Of a stretch of DNA of 64,000 bases, positions 18,839 through 27,927 are shown piece by piece. Position numbers and translations under genes: made by a program. Each line of letters begins with the position of its first letter. Positions within the stretch are counted from its first letter, which is position 1. Source of the DNA: Thermoplasmata archaeon. GTDB lineage: Archaea; Thermoplasmatota; Thermoplasmata; Lutacidiplasmatales; UBA184. Under the pieces are notes generated by a model that was given only the letters and a program-made list of their open reading frames with translations, did not search any database and had not been told where the DNA came from. The stretch lies in NCBI GenBank assembly GCA_028864975.1, contig JAGWLG010000002.1, positions 32,001 through 96,000 of the forward strand. Reading direction: 5' to 3'.

Positions 18839-19633
18839 ATGCCCGAGTTCGACCTCGTCGCGCCGCTCTACGACGCCACACGTCGGCCGCCCTCCCCGGC
18901 CGAGCTGGGGGCCGTCGCGGAAGCCTTGCAGACGTGCACCGAGGTTCTCGAAGCCGGCGTAGGGACAGGGAGGTTCGCGAAACCGCTCTCCGACCGAGGC
19001 TTCCACCTCACGGGGGTCGACATCTCCCGGGAAATGCTGAAGAGGGCCGGCGAGAAGGGCCTGCCGCGGCTTCTCCAGGCGGACGTCCACCGGCTCCCGT
19101 TCCGTGATGGGGCCTTCGAGGCGAGCCTCATCATCCATGTCCTGCAGCTCATCCCGGAGCCTGCGCGCGCGCTCGAGGAGCTCGCGCGGGTGGCAAGGGA
19201 GCGCGTGGTCGCCCACCTCCCCGACCACCGATCGGGGGGGCTCGCGCTGCGAGGAGAACTGCTGCAGCGCTACGGCGAGATCGCCGCCGAGATGGGGCAC
19301 CCACTCCCCCCACGTCGTCGCTTTTGGGAGAACACCGAGCGCGTGCTGAGGGACCTCCCACCGGAGCGCGTCTTCGTGGTGGAGGAGGACATCAGCCCTC
19401 CGACGGACCCCGAGATGCGATGGAGGGACCTGCGCGGGTTCGGGGGGCTCATCACGGTCCCCCCCGAAATGCACGAACGGATCGTGGCAAGGCTCCTGGA
19501 GGAAGGTCGAGGGGATGAGCTCCCGCTCGGACCGCGGACGCGCACCCTCCGTGTGGCGGTCTGGGAAACGTCAGGGCTCCGTCAGCTCATGAAGAACCGT
19601 TCTGAACGACGCAACGGGGGTTTGCGCTTCTGA
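18839..19633 (+). CDS. Class I SAM-dependent methyltransferase
   Basis: VLEAGVGTGRF, GVDISREML, ADVHRLPFRDGAF. Confidence 0.88.
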   Translation: MPEFDLVAPLYDATRRPPSPAELGAVAEALQTCTEVLEAGVGTGRFAKPLSDRGFHLTGVDISREMLKRAGEKGLPRLLQADVHRLPFRDGAFEASLIIHVLQLIPEPARALEELARVARERVVAHLPDHRSGGLALRGELLQRYGEIAAEMGHPLPPRRRFWENTERVLRDLPPERVFVVEEDISPPTDPEMRWRDLRGFGGLITVPPEMHERIVARLLEEGRGDELPLGPRTRTLRVAVWETSGLRQLMKNRSERRNGGLRF

Positions 19634-19726
19634 CGGGGCTCCGGGCGCGTGTCTCCTCGATCGCAGCCTGCCAGGGCGACCACTTCTGGTTGCCCCAGAT
19701 GGCCGTCCTTCAACAACGCTCAACCC

Positions 19727-19732
19727 TTTAAT
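19727..19732 (+). promoter_or_regulatory. Putative TATA box of the toxin-antitoxin operon
   Basis: TTTAAT in an AT-rich island, 24-29 nt upstream of GTG 19756, which would fit a leaderless start. Confidence 0.45.
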
Positions 19733-19743
19733 GCAATGTAGTC

Positions 19744-20106
19744 ATGTGTAGTTCCGTGGTAGAGGATCAGGTCACGACGATCCGTCTTGGACGCGACATG
19801 CTCGCGCTCTTCGACCGCATGGCCAAGAAGCTGGAGGTTGAGCGTTCCACCCTCCTTCGGCGGGCCCTGATCAAGGGGGCGAGGGCTGTCCTGCTGGACG
19901 AAGCCCTGTCGCAGTACCTCCGAGGGGACCTGAGCGCAGGGGCGGCCTCCGAGTGGGCCGGCGTGAGCTACATCGAGTTCCTGGACGAACTGAAGGCACG
20001 ACGGCTCCCCTATCTCGCCGACAACGAGGGCATCGCCGAGGAGCTGGCCGAGTTCAGGTCCAAGACCAAGACCCAGGTGAGTTCGGGTGCGCGCCGTCAT
20101 CGTTGA
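19744..20106 (+). CDS. Antitoxin-like protein (RHH/UPF0175-like)
   Basis: TTIRL...ERSTLLRRAL (RHH-like) and GDLSAGAASEWAGVSYIEFLDEL (UPF0175-like); true start may be GTG 19756. Confidence 0.75.
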   Translation: MCSSVVEDQVTTIRLGRDMLALFDRMAKKLEVERSTLLRRALIKGARAVLLDEALSQYLRGDLSAGAASEWAGVSYIEFLDELKARRLPYLADNEGIAEELAEFRSKTKTQVSSGARRHR

Positions 20107-20581
20107 CACATCTGCCCTCATCTTCCTGGGACGGCTCCACCGCCTCCGCCTCGCCCAGGTCCTGGGCAGCGTGGTCGTCCCAGGACCTGTGATGGAGGAG
20201 TTGGTCCGCGGACGTGGCAAGGATCCTGACACGGTCGGCCGGGTGGAGGACTGGATCCGGCGCGAGCGTCTGGAGGTGCGCGCCGTGCGGCTACCTCCGG
20301 GGTTCCACCCCAGCCTCGGCGTGGGGGAACGCGCGGTCCTGCGCGCGGCTTCCGAGGAGAAGGACCCGGTCCTCCTCGTCGACGAAGGACCCGCTCGCCG
20401 GGTCGCCAAGCATCTTGGATATCGGGTCTTGAGCACCCCCTACGTCCTGCTGGAAGGCGTTCGCGTGAGGGCCATCACTCCTCTCGAAGGGCAGATGGAC
20501 CTCGACCGGTTGGTCGCCTTGGGCTACTTCCTGGATGCCCGCCTCTTTGCGGAACTCAAGACGATCCTCGGGGAACTCTGA
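20087..20581 (+). CDS. PIN-domain protein (VapC/DUF3368-like toxin)
   Basis: VIVDTSALI, VPGPVMEEL, LGVGERAVL, LLVDEGPARR; overlaps the antitoxin gene. Confidence 0.82.
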   Translation: MRAVIVDTSALIFLGRLHRLRLAQVLGSVVVPGPVMEELVRGRGKDPDTVGRVEDWIRRERLEVRAVRLPPGFHPSLGVGERAVLRAASEEKDPVLLVDEGPARRVAKHLGYRVLSTPYVLLEGVRVRAITPLEGQMDLDRLVALGYFLDARLFAELKTILGEL

Positions 20582-20701
20582 GCCGCGCGTTCTTCGACTT
20601 CCGCGCGTTGGAAGCATCCGCAGCCAGGACCGCGGCTCAGAGCGCACGGGACTTCTATCAACCGATGTGAGTGGAGCAGGGTAGGGCGCTGGCCAAGCTC
20701 T

Positions 20702-23053
20702 ATGGAGAGGACCCGCGCTCCTCCGTTCGTGAACGAGGATGCACCGCCAGGCTCGGGGGGGCCCCCTCATGCCGTCGCCTTCCCGTCGGAGCTCCTCGAG
20801 GAGCTTGACCGGGGCAGGGGCTCCCTCCTGCTCCTCCACGGGGGCACGGAGGTCTCTCGTGGTCGTGAGCTCGATGACCTCGCCAACGCCGCACGGAGGC
20901 GCGGCCTGGAGGCGGAGATCCTCGTGGCCGACCCGTTCGAGCAGGAAGTGCCCTTCGGTGCGCTCCTCCCTTGGCTCTCGCGGCTGCTTCCATCCCACCA
21001 CCACGTGAGCGGCCGGGACGCCCCGGCGGAGGCCTGGCTTCCGCTTGTCGCGCTCTCCGGCCTTCTGGCCACCGAGGGGGCACGCCAGGCAACGCTGGAC
21101 CTTTCCCCCGCCGCTTCCGCCGTCCCAGAGCCTTCCCACGAGGGGGCCGAGAACGGTCCCACCGGGGCGCGGGGCTCGGAGAGGCCGGGTCCTCCCCCCG
21201 ACCTCGAAGCTGAATGGCAGTTCGTGCCACCGGAGGACCTACGCGCGGTCCTTCTGGAGCTGGTCGAGGGCCGGGCGCGCAAGGGCCCGACGGTGGTCTG
21301 CGTTCGCCACGCCGAGCACTTGGACTTGGCGGGTCGGGAGTGGTTCCAGCAGCTCGCCCGCGGGCTGGAGCGGCTCCCCCTCCTTGTCTCCCTCTCCTTC
21401 GATACGGAGGGGCCCGAGCTCGCCGGGTGGCGTGGCGTGGGACCCTCCGCCGGCCCGTGCGAGCAGACCCTCCCGCCTGACCCGGGTCGTTCCCCATCCT
21501 CCTCCCCGGGACCCCACCCTACGCCGCCGCGGGCCCTCTCGGCCGAGGACGGAAGACTGCTCGGGGCGGTCGCGCTGGCAGGTCCGGACGCCCATCCCGT
21601 CGCGCTCTCCCAAGCGCTGGGCACGCCTCCCGATTGGACGGAGGCGGGACTCTCCCATCTTGCCGCCCAAGGCTGGATCGAGAGGGAAGGGGGCGTCTGG
21701 CGTCTTTCCTCCCCCGACCGACGTGCGGAGGTGCTCAAAGAGCTAGGCCCCGCCACGGTCGCCCAGCTGCACCGTGGGCTAGCGGCCATGCTGGAGAAGC
21801 TCCATCCGGTCCCCCGAGGGAAGGTCCTCTTTCGCCTGGGGGACCACTGGGCGGAGGCGGGGGGGGTCGAGTCGGGGTTCCCCCGGCTCCTGGCGTCGGC
21901 CGTGGAGTGTGAGCGCTGGGGCGCCCCAGTCATGGCGGAGACACGCCTGAGGCGAGCTCTTCTTCTGGCCCAAGGGGAGGCGGGAGCCCGGGGTCGTGAG
22001 CTCGAGGAGATCGCCTACTCGCGGATCTCTGCGGTCCGCTACCGTTCCTCCGATCCGTCGGGTGCCCTCGAGGCGGTCCGCCGCGCCCTGGCGCTCGCCC
22101 GGGGGCGGGGGACGAGCGTCCATCAATGGGCCTTGTACGTCGCTCGTGCTGGGATGGCCCAGGTGGACCTGGGAGAGGACCCCGAGGCCGAGCTCACCGC
22201 GACGCTCGAGAAGGTGCGGGGTCAGTTCCCCGAGGTGGAGGCCGAGCTGCTGAGGGTCCGAGCGGTCAATCGATTCTCCCACGGCCGCTCGGGGGAGGCG
22301 ATCGATGATGCGGAGCGGGCGTGCGCGCTGCTGGAGGGTTCCCCGAACGCTGCGGCGCGCGTGCGCGTCCAGATCGCGGCGGCGGGGACCTGCCTCTTCA
22401 GCGGTGGAGACCCGGAGAAGGCCCGGGAACACCTCTTGCAGGCCCTCGACCTCCGCGGGGGCGTGGAAGGTGGGCCCGACCAGGGGCTCATCGTCGCGGT
22501 GCTGGACCAGCTCTCCCAGGTGGAGTTCAACCTAGGACGGTACGCCCCGGCCCTCGCGCGAGGGGAGGAGGCCATCCGGGAGGCGCGACGGCTGGGGACG
22601 CGACAGGGCCTGGCCGACGCCCTCGGGAACACCGCGGAGGCGGCCTGCGCGGCGGGGGACCCCGCCCGCGCGGCGGCCCTGGCCGAGGAGCTCCGTGGGC
22701 TCTGCTCTCGGTACCGCATCCCCGAGCCGGACGCGAGCCACCTCCAGCTCCTCCTCGTCGAGGGGCTGGTCGCCGAGGCGGGGGGGGACCCGAAGGAGGC
22801 CCTCGTGAGGTTCGAGCGCCTGGTCGCGGTGGCAGAGAAGGCGGGGAAGTTGAACTACCTCGGCCAGGCCCTGATCCAGAAGGCCCTCCTCCTGGAGCGG
22901 ACCGGGGACCGGAACGGGGCGCGGGCCCTGATCGGCCGTCTCCACCGGGGCGGGTTGGTGAGGAACCTCCCCGCGGACAACCGGAAGAAGCTCGCCGGTC
23001 TCGAGGCGAGGTTAGCCCCCGCGGCATCCGAAGGATCGACCCGACAGCGATAG
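20702..23053 (+). CDS. STAND-like ATPase-TPR protein with degenerate P-loop
   Basis: Domain order parallels 31705-34857; Walker positions read LHGGTEVSRG and VCVRHAEHLD; helical TPR-like C-terminal half. Confidence 0.65.
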   Translation: MERTRAPPFVNEDAPPGSGGPPHAVAFPSELLEELDRGRGSLLLLHGGTEVSRGRELDDLANAARRRGLEAEILVADPFEQEVPFGALLPWLSRLLPSHHHVSGRDAPAEAWLPLVALSGLLATEGARQATLDLSPAASAVPEPSHEGAENGPTGARGSERPGPPPDLEAEWQFVPPEDLRAVLLELVEGRARKGPTVVCVRHAEHLDLAGREWFQQLARGLERLPLLVSLSFDTEGPELAGWRGVGPSAGPCEQTLPPDPGRSPSSSPGPHPTPPRALSAEDGRLLGAVALAGPDAHPVALSQALGTPPDWTEAGLSHLAAQGWIEREGGVWRLSSPDRRAEVLKELGPATVAQLHRGLAAMLEKLHPVPRGKVLFRLGDHWAEAGGVESGFPRLLASAVECERWGAPVMAETRLRRALLLAQGEAGARGRELEEIAYSRISAVRYRSSDPSGALEAVRRALALARGRGTSVHQWALYVARAGMAQVDLGEDPEAELTATLEKVRGQFPEVEAELLRVRAVNRFSHGRSGEAIDDAERACALLEGSPNAAARVRVQIAAAGTCLFSGGDPEKAREHLLQALDLRGGVEGGPDQGLIVAVLDQLSQVEFNLGRYAPALARGEEAIREARRLGTRQGLADALGNTAEAACAAGDPARAAALAEELRGLCSRYRIPEPDASHLQLLLVEGLVAEAGGDPKEALVRFERLVAVAEKAGKLNYLGQALIQKALLLERTGDRNGARALIGRLHRGGLVRNLPADNRKKLAGLEARLAPAASEGSTRQR

Positions 23054-23182
23054 GAGGTGGGGGGCCACCGTGCCCCTCGGTGCGCCCCCCCTTCGACCCA
23101 CCTCGCGCTCCGACGTGCCGGCCGGAACGTGACGATGACGCCCCACGGCTCCCCGGGAGCGTCGCGTCCCTCACCCGTGCCG

Positions 23183-25594
23183 TTACGCCGGGAAGCGTCG
23201 CTGGAGCCCGGAGTAGATCGCGAGCAGGTCCATTCCCTTCGTGAGCCCGCTCTGACCTTCCCCCACGGGATTGGTCTCGAAGTAGGTCTTGATCTCCTTC
23301 TCGCGGCCCAGGCCGAGGTAGGGTACCGACCACTGCAGCAGGATCGGGACGATCCCCGTTCCTCCGAAGTTTTGGACGATCACCGGGAAGAACTGCTGGA
23401 ACGCTTCCCACATCACGTCGTGCGCATCGACGTTCTGGAGGAGGGAGACGAGGACCTCCAGTCCTGTCGTGGGGTTCACTTGCCCGCTGAAGGGCAACGC
23501 GACGGACCGCTCCAGCGCCACTCGATCGGTGAACGCGCCCAAAGCGTGGGCGAGCCGCCCCTTCTCCTCATCGGTCTTGGAGTTCTGAAGCCTCTGCAGG
23601 ATCTCGTCGAAGACCGCCGCTCCGCGCGTTCGAGCGTACGCGACAGCGATCGCCTGGCGCAGCGAGGGATCGGAACTCTCCCAATCGGTGAAGCGAGAGG
23701 CCATCGCCTCCGCGAACGAGGGCTCGAGCTGGACCCTGAAGCTGCTCATGCGCTGGCGGAGGACCGCGTTGTGGGAGGGCTCTCCCGCGCGGGCCGAGAG
23801 ACCCAGCCGGTCGCTCTGGGCGACCACCGTCCCTCGCAGGGCGTCGAAGAACGACGGGCGGTCTCGCAGGACGGGGAAGAGGATCCCTCCCTCGCTCCCG
23901 AGCTCGTTCAAGACCAAGTAGTCCGACTCGCTCTTCGCGGCCCGCACCAGCTCGAGGTACGTCGGGGGGTCGACCTCCCCCGCCAGAAGGAACGCGTAGG
24001 TGTCCTGGAGAAGACCGTAGCGGTCCCACGGCGCGAGGGACGGGAACCTCTGACGGATGGAGGTCCCGAGCTTCCCCTCGTACCGGATACGCAGGAAGCT
24101 CCGGCGGCCGTGGTTGAGCACCAGAGTATTCGGGTCATGGAGGGGGAGCTTCAGGGTCGTCCCCCTCATCAGGTGGCCGACCGCCTTCCCGTCCGCGAGC
24201 ACGTTCAGGGGGATCGACCAGGTCGTGTCGTGCTTCCCTCCGTTCTCCGGAGGGGTCAGGAAGAAACGCTTCTGGGCGAGCTCGAGCTCCTCCCCTTTGA
24301 CCTCGGCCCGAAGGGCGGGGTAGCCGGGGCGGTTCAACCAGTCGCCGAGGATCACCGAGACGGGCTCCTTGGCCTCTTCATCGAGCGCCGCCCAAAGGTC
24401 CTCGCCCTTCGCGTTCCCGTAGGAGAACTTCTTCAAGTACCGGGCGACCCCGGTCCGAAAGACCTCCTCCCCCAGGTACGCTTCGAGCATCCGTAGGATG
24501 CTCCCGCCCTTCGCGTAGCTGATCTCGTCGAAGATCGAGTTGATCTCGTTCGGGTCCTCCACCGGCACGTTCACGGGGTGGGAGTGGGGGAGCGCATCCC
24601 ATAGCAGGGCGTTCGAGGACCCGACCGCGAAATCGCTCCAGACCTGCCAGTCGGGGTAGAGATGGCTCGTCGCCTTGTAGTCCATGAAGGTCGCGAAGCT
24701 CTCGTTGAGCCACAGGTCGTTCCACCAAGCCATCGTGACGAGGTCGCCGAACCACTGATGGGCGATCTCGTGGGCCAGGACGCCCATGACCTGGCGCTTG
24801 GTCGACTGGCTCGCGTCGGGCCCCACCAAGAGCGCCCGCTCCCGGAAGGCGATCGCGCCCCAGTTCTCCATGCCCCCGACAGCGATGTTGGGGATCGCGA
24901 TCAGGTGGAGCTTCGGGAGCGGGAACGGGAGACCAAAGTACTCCCCAAAGAAGTCGAGGACCTTCCCCGCGTGGTCCAACGCGAAGCCCGCCTGGTCCCC
25001 ACGTCCCGGAGGCGCGGCGACGATGATCTCGGTCTTCCCGTGCTTCCGGCTGCATTCCTCGAACTTGCCGATCCCCAGGAAGAGCAGGTAGGTGGACATC
25101 CGGGGCGTCGGTTCGAAGACGTAGTGGACGCGGCCACCCTTCTCCTCGTGCGCCTTCGCGGGAGTGTTGAAGATCACCTGCAGCCCCGCGTCCGTCGTGA
25201 CCTCAACGTGGAACTCGGCTTTTTGCGCAGGATGGTCGATGCAGGGGAGCACGTGGCGAGCGCCGAGGGGCTCGAGCTGGGTGACGATGGCGTGCGTCGC
25301 TCCGTAGTCCGTGCGGTAGATGCCCGTGAGGGCGTTCTCGGGGACCTTGGCGTGGAAGGCGACCTCTACGGCGACCTTCCCCCGGCTCACGCCCTCGATC
25401 TTGAGCTCCTCCTTGGTGGGGACGAGCTCATGGGAGAGTTGGGAGCCACCTGAGGAGACCCCGTCAATATCGAGGCCGACCGAGTTCAGGGTGAGCGGGC
25501 CACCGTCGTGGTCCAGGTGGAGCGCGACCTTGCCGGAGTAGGTGAGCTTCGCATGGTCGACATCGAAGGCGACCTCGTACCGGTGGACCTTCAT
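23183..25594 (-). CDS. M1 family aminopeptidase (tricorn-interacting factor F2/F3-like)
   Basis: GGMENWG, HEIAHQWFG-x-WLNESFA zinc motif, ISYAKGGSILRML. Confidence 0.93.
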   Translation of the reverse strand: MKVHRYEVAFDVDHAKLTYSGKVALHLDHDGGPLTLNSVGLDIDGVSSGGSQLSHELVPTKEELKIEGVSRGKVAVEVAFHAKVPENALTGIYRTDYGATHAIVTQLEPLGARHVLPCIDHPAQKAEFHVEVTTDAGLQVIFNTPAKAHEEKGGRVHYVFEPTPRMSTYLLFLGIGKFEECSRKHGKTEIIVAAPPGRGDQAGFALDHAGKVLDFFGEYFGLPFPLPKLHLIAIPNIAVGGMENWGAIAFRERALLVGPDASQSTKRQVMGVLAHEIAHQWFGDLVTMAWWNDLWLNESFATFMDYKATSHLYPDWQVWSDFAVGSSNALLWDALPHSHPVNVPVEDPNEINSIFDEISYAKGGSILRMLEAYLGEEVFRTGVARYLKKFSYGNAKGEDLWAALDEEAKEPVSVILGDWLNRPGYPALRAEVKGEELELAQKRFFLTPPENGGKHDTTWSIPLNVLADGKAVGHLMRGTTLKLPLHDPNTLVLNHGRRSFLRIRYEGKLGTSIRQRFPSLAPWDRYGLLQDTYAFLLAGEVDPPTYLELVRAAKSESDYLVLNELGSEGGILFPVLRDRPSFFDALRGTVVAQSDRLGLSARAGEPSHNAVLRQRMSSFRVQLEPSFAEAMASRFTDWESSDPSLRQAIAVAYARTRGAAVFDEILQRLQNSKTDEEKGRLAHALGAFTDRVALERSVALPFSGQVNPTTGLEVLVSLLQNVDAHDVMWEAFQQFFPVIVQNFGGTGIVPILLQWSVPYLGLGREKEIKTYFETNPVGEGQSGLTKGMDLLAIYSGLQRRFPA

Positions 25595-25652
25595 GGCGGG
25601 CGGGAGGGAGCGCCCCTCCCTCTTGAACCTCTCCTTGCCGGGAGCGCGGAGC

Positions 25653-26492
25653 TCAGATCGGGGGTCCGGAGGAGGTCGCCCAGCGCTTGCGCAGCACGAG
25701 CGATGCGTCGCTGAACCCTTCCTGGGTGAGGAACTTCCGGCTCTCTTCCCGGTGGAGGCCGATCACCGTGGAGAGATGAGTCACGCCCTCCCGTCGGGCC
25801 CAGCGCTCGACGTACTCCAGCAAGCGGTGGCCGACCCCCTTCGTGCGGAACTCGGGGTCGACGACCAGGTCCTCGACGTGGCCCCTTCGGCCGAAGCGCA
25901 TCGTGGGGTAGGTGGTCGCAGTGGCGAAAGCACTCACCCGCCCACCGACCTCGGCCACGAAGAGGCCGCTGTCAGGGTCTCCCAAGTACTGACGGAACGA
26001 GGAGCGCGCCTGGGCCTCGGTGAACCCGGGGGGGGCTGTGCCACGGTCGAAGAGGTGCTTCAGGAGCGTCAGGACGGCGTTCTCGTCCGCGGTGGTCGCC
26101 GCGCGGAGCATCAGGTGGAGGTTCCCGCCGACGACGGCGGCTTCGCTGGGGGCGATCGGCGCCCTGAGGTCGTCCAACACCTCGAGGGTCGAGCGCTTCA
26201 GGTTGGAGGCGTGGCCGAACTTCTGGTCGTGCTGCGCCGCGAGACGCATCGCCGCGGGGCTCTGACGGTAGGCCTGGAGCGCGTCCGCGCTTTCCAGGTC
26301 GTAGAGGGTCCAGTAGCGGTGGGGCTCATCGCCCTCGACCATCCGGAGCCGTCGAGCACGTCGGAACCCCCGCTCGGCGAGGACCTCGGGCACGTGGGAC
26401 TGGCGGTGCCACTGGTCCCACTCGGCCTCCCTCTCCGGGGCGATCTGCGTTCGTACGAGGTAGACGACACCTTTGGGCACGTCGGGATGCAC
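25653..26492 (-). CDS. Fusion of DUF4286/EthD-like alpha-beta barrel and GNAT acetyltransferase
   Basis: N-terminal EAEWDQWHRQSHVPEVL...GF and LYDLES; C-terminal VEDLVVDPEFRTKGVGHRLL. Confidence 0.75.
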   Translation of the reverse strand: MHPDVPKGVVYLVRTQIAPEREAEWDQWHRQSHVPEVLAERGFRRARRLRMVEGDEPHRYWTLYDLESADALQAYRQSPAAMRLAAQHDQKFGHASNLKRSTLEVLDDLRAPIAPSEAAVVGGNLHLMLRAATTADENAVLTLLKHLFDRGTAPPGFTEAQARSSFRQYLGDPDSGLFVAEVGGRVSAFATATTYPTMRFGRRGHVEDLVVDPEFRTKGVGHRLLEYVERWARREGVTHLSTVIGLHREESRKFLTQEGFSDASLVLRKRWATSSGPPI

Positions 26493-26799
26493 ACGGTCCC
26501 CCTATTCCCCGTTTTCGGTGACCTCTCTGTCGACCCTCAGCACTCGCTGGAGCCCTCGAACGGCAAAGACCGCAACGTCCGCGCTTCTCCACAGCGAAGG
26601 AACGCTTGCGTCCTCGAGGGCAGAGCCTCGGCGGACGGATGGCTTAGGTTCAGCGCGCCGCGCGTTGCGTGCACCTCAGGGCGTAGCGAGGGCGCCCGAA
26701 CCTTCGGGAGAGGCCGTTCGCCCCTTGCGTGCGATGCAAGACCTCCCTCCCCCCATTCCCCTCGGAGCCATTTTCTATCTCCTCCGCTCGGGACCGGCC

Positions 26800-27927
26800 G
26801 TGCCGCAGGTCAGGCTCGGGCTCACCTCCTCGTTCCCTCGACCCGAGGAGCTGGTCGCAGCGACGCGCGAGCTCGACCGCGGTCGCCGGACCGCCGAGGA
26901 GGTCCAGGGACTCTACGAGTCGTGGACCGGCCGGGTCGTCGACCTGGAGTCCCGCCTGGGCTTCTCCACGGTGTTGGGCGGGGACCTCGGTCGCCAGGAC
27001 CTCTTCCGCCCTTTCAGCGAGTCGACCCCCGGTCTCGAGGTCGGGCCGCTCACCCGCTGGTTCGAGACCAACACCTTCTTCCGGCAACCCATAGTCAACG
27101 CTCCCCCCCAATGGGCCCCCGGGGCGTTCGCGCGACAGGTCCCGTTCGAACGGCTCCTGGCGTCGAAGATCGCCCCTCGCGTGATCCTACCAGGGCCCTA
27201 TACCTTCACCGCGCTCGCGGACAACCGTACCGATCTCTCGCGTCAGGAGCTCGCCGTTCGCTGGTCCGAACTGTTGGCGCGCGAGGTCGAAGACCTCTCC
27301 GCCCATGGCGTCAAGGTCTTCCAGCTCCAGGAACCCTCGCTCGTCGTGGACCCTCCCTCGGTCGAGGAGGAGTCGTGGGTCCGCGAGGCCTACGAGCCGC
27401 TCGCCCCCGCGCTCTCTCAGGTCGATAGTGTGCTCTGGACCTTCTTCGGCGACGGGGCGCCCGTCCTTCCGCTCCTCGCTTCCCTTCCCGTGGAAACGGT
27501 GGGCGTCGACCTGACCGACACGGACCCCACGCGGCTCACCGAGCTGGCCCCGGGGAAGGGGCTCGGCCTGGGATGCCTGGACTCCCGCACGACCCTCGTC
27601 GAGGACCCGAAGGAGATCGCCCGGATCGTTCGCGATCTCTTCGATCGGCTCGAGCCGTCCGAGATCCTTCTCGGTCCCGGGACCCCGCTCGACCTCGTTC
27701 CCTGGGAAGTGGCCGAGAAGAAGCTCTCCGTCCTGCCTCAGGTGAGGAAAGTGCTGGAGGGGGCCCCCGCGGCCCGGCCCCGCCAGGTCGCACCCGCACG
27801 CCGCCCAGCGCCTGCGAAGCGGTCCAAGCCCCCCGCGCCCCGCGCAAGGTCCAAGCCGAAGCCTAAGGTCAAGCTCAAGGCGAGCTCGAAGAGGGCACCG
27901 GCGAAAGGAGGCAAGAAGCGCCGATGA
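26800..27927 (+). CDS. Cobalamin-independent methionine synthase, N-terminal-half homolog (split MetE)
   Basis: SSFPRP, TRWFETNTFFRQP, LPGPYTF, QLQEPSL; no zinc ligands; K/P/A-rich tail; ATGA overlap with the next gene; GTG start inferred. Confidence 0.8.
   Translation: MPQVRLGLTSSFPRPEELVAATRELDRGRRTAEEVQGLYESWTGRVVDLESRLGFSTVLGGDLGRQDLFRPFSESTPGLEVGPLTRWFETNTFFRQPIVNAPPQWAPGAFARQVPFERLLASKIAPRVILPGPYTFTALADNRTDLSRQELAVRWSELLAREVEDLSAHGVKVFQLQEPSLVVDPPSVEEESWVREAYEPLAPALSQVDSVLWTFFGDGAPVLPLLASLPVETVGVDLTDTDPTRLTELAPGKGLGLGCLDSRTTLVEDPKEIARIVRDLFDRLEPSEILLGPGTPLDLVPWEVAEKKLSVLPQVRKVLEGAPAARPRQVAPARRPAPAKRSKPPAPRARSKPKPKVKLKASSKRAPAKGGKKRR

Noticed and set aside
19744-20581. Toxin-antitoxin pair as a marker of a mobile element or defence island
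   Set aside because: This is a common archaeal UPF0175/PIN pair, with no flanking repeats or mobility genes.
26493-26799. 300-nt intergenic region upstream of metE as a possible riboswitch or ncRNA (GGTTC...GAACC stem, three TTGCGT copies)
   Set aside because: No recognisable SAM or cobalamin riboswitch motifs; short stems are expected by chance at high GC.
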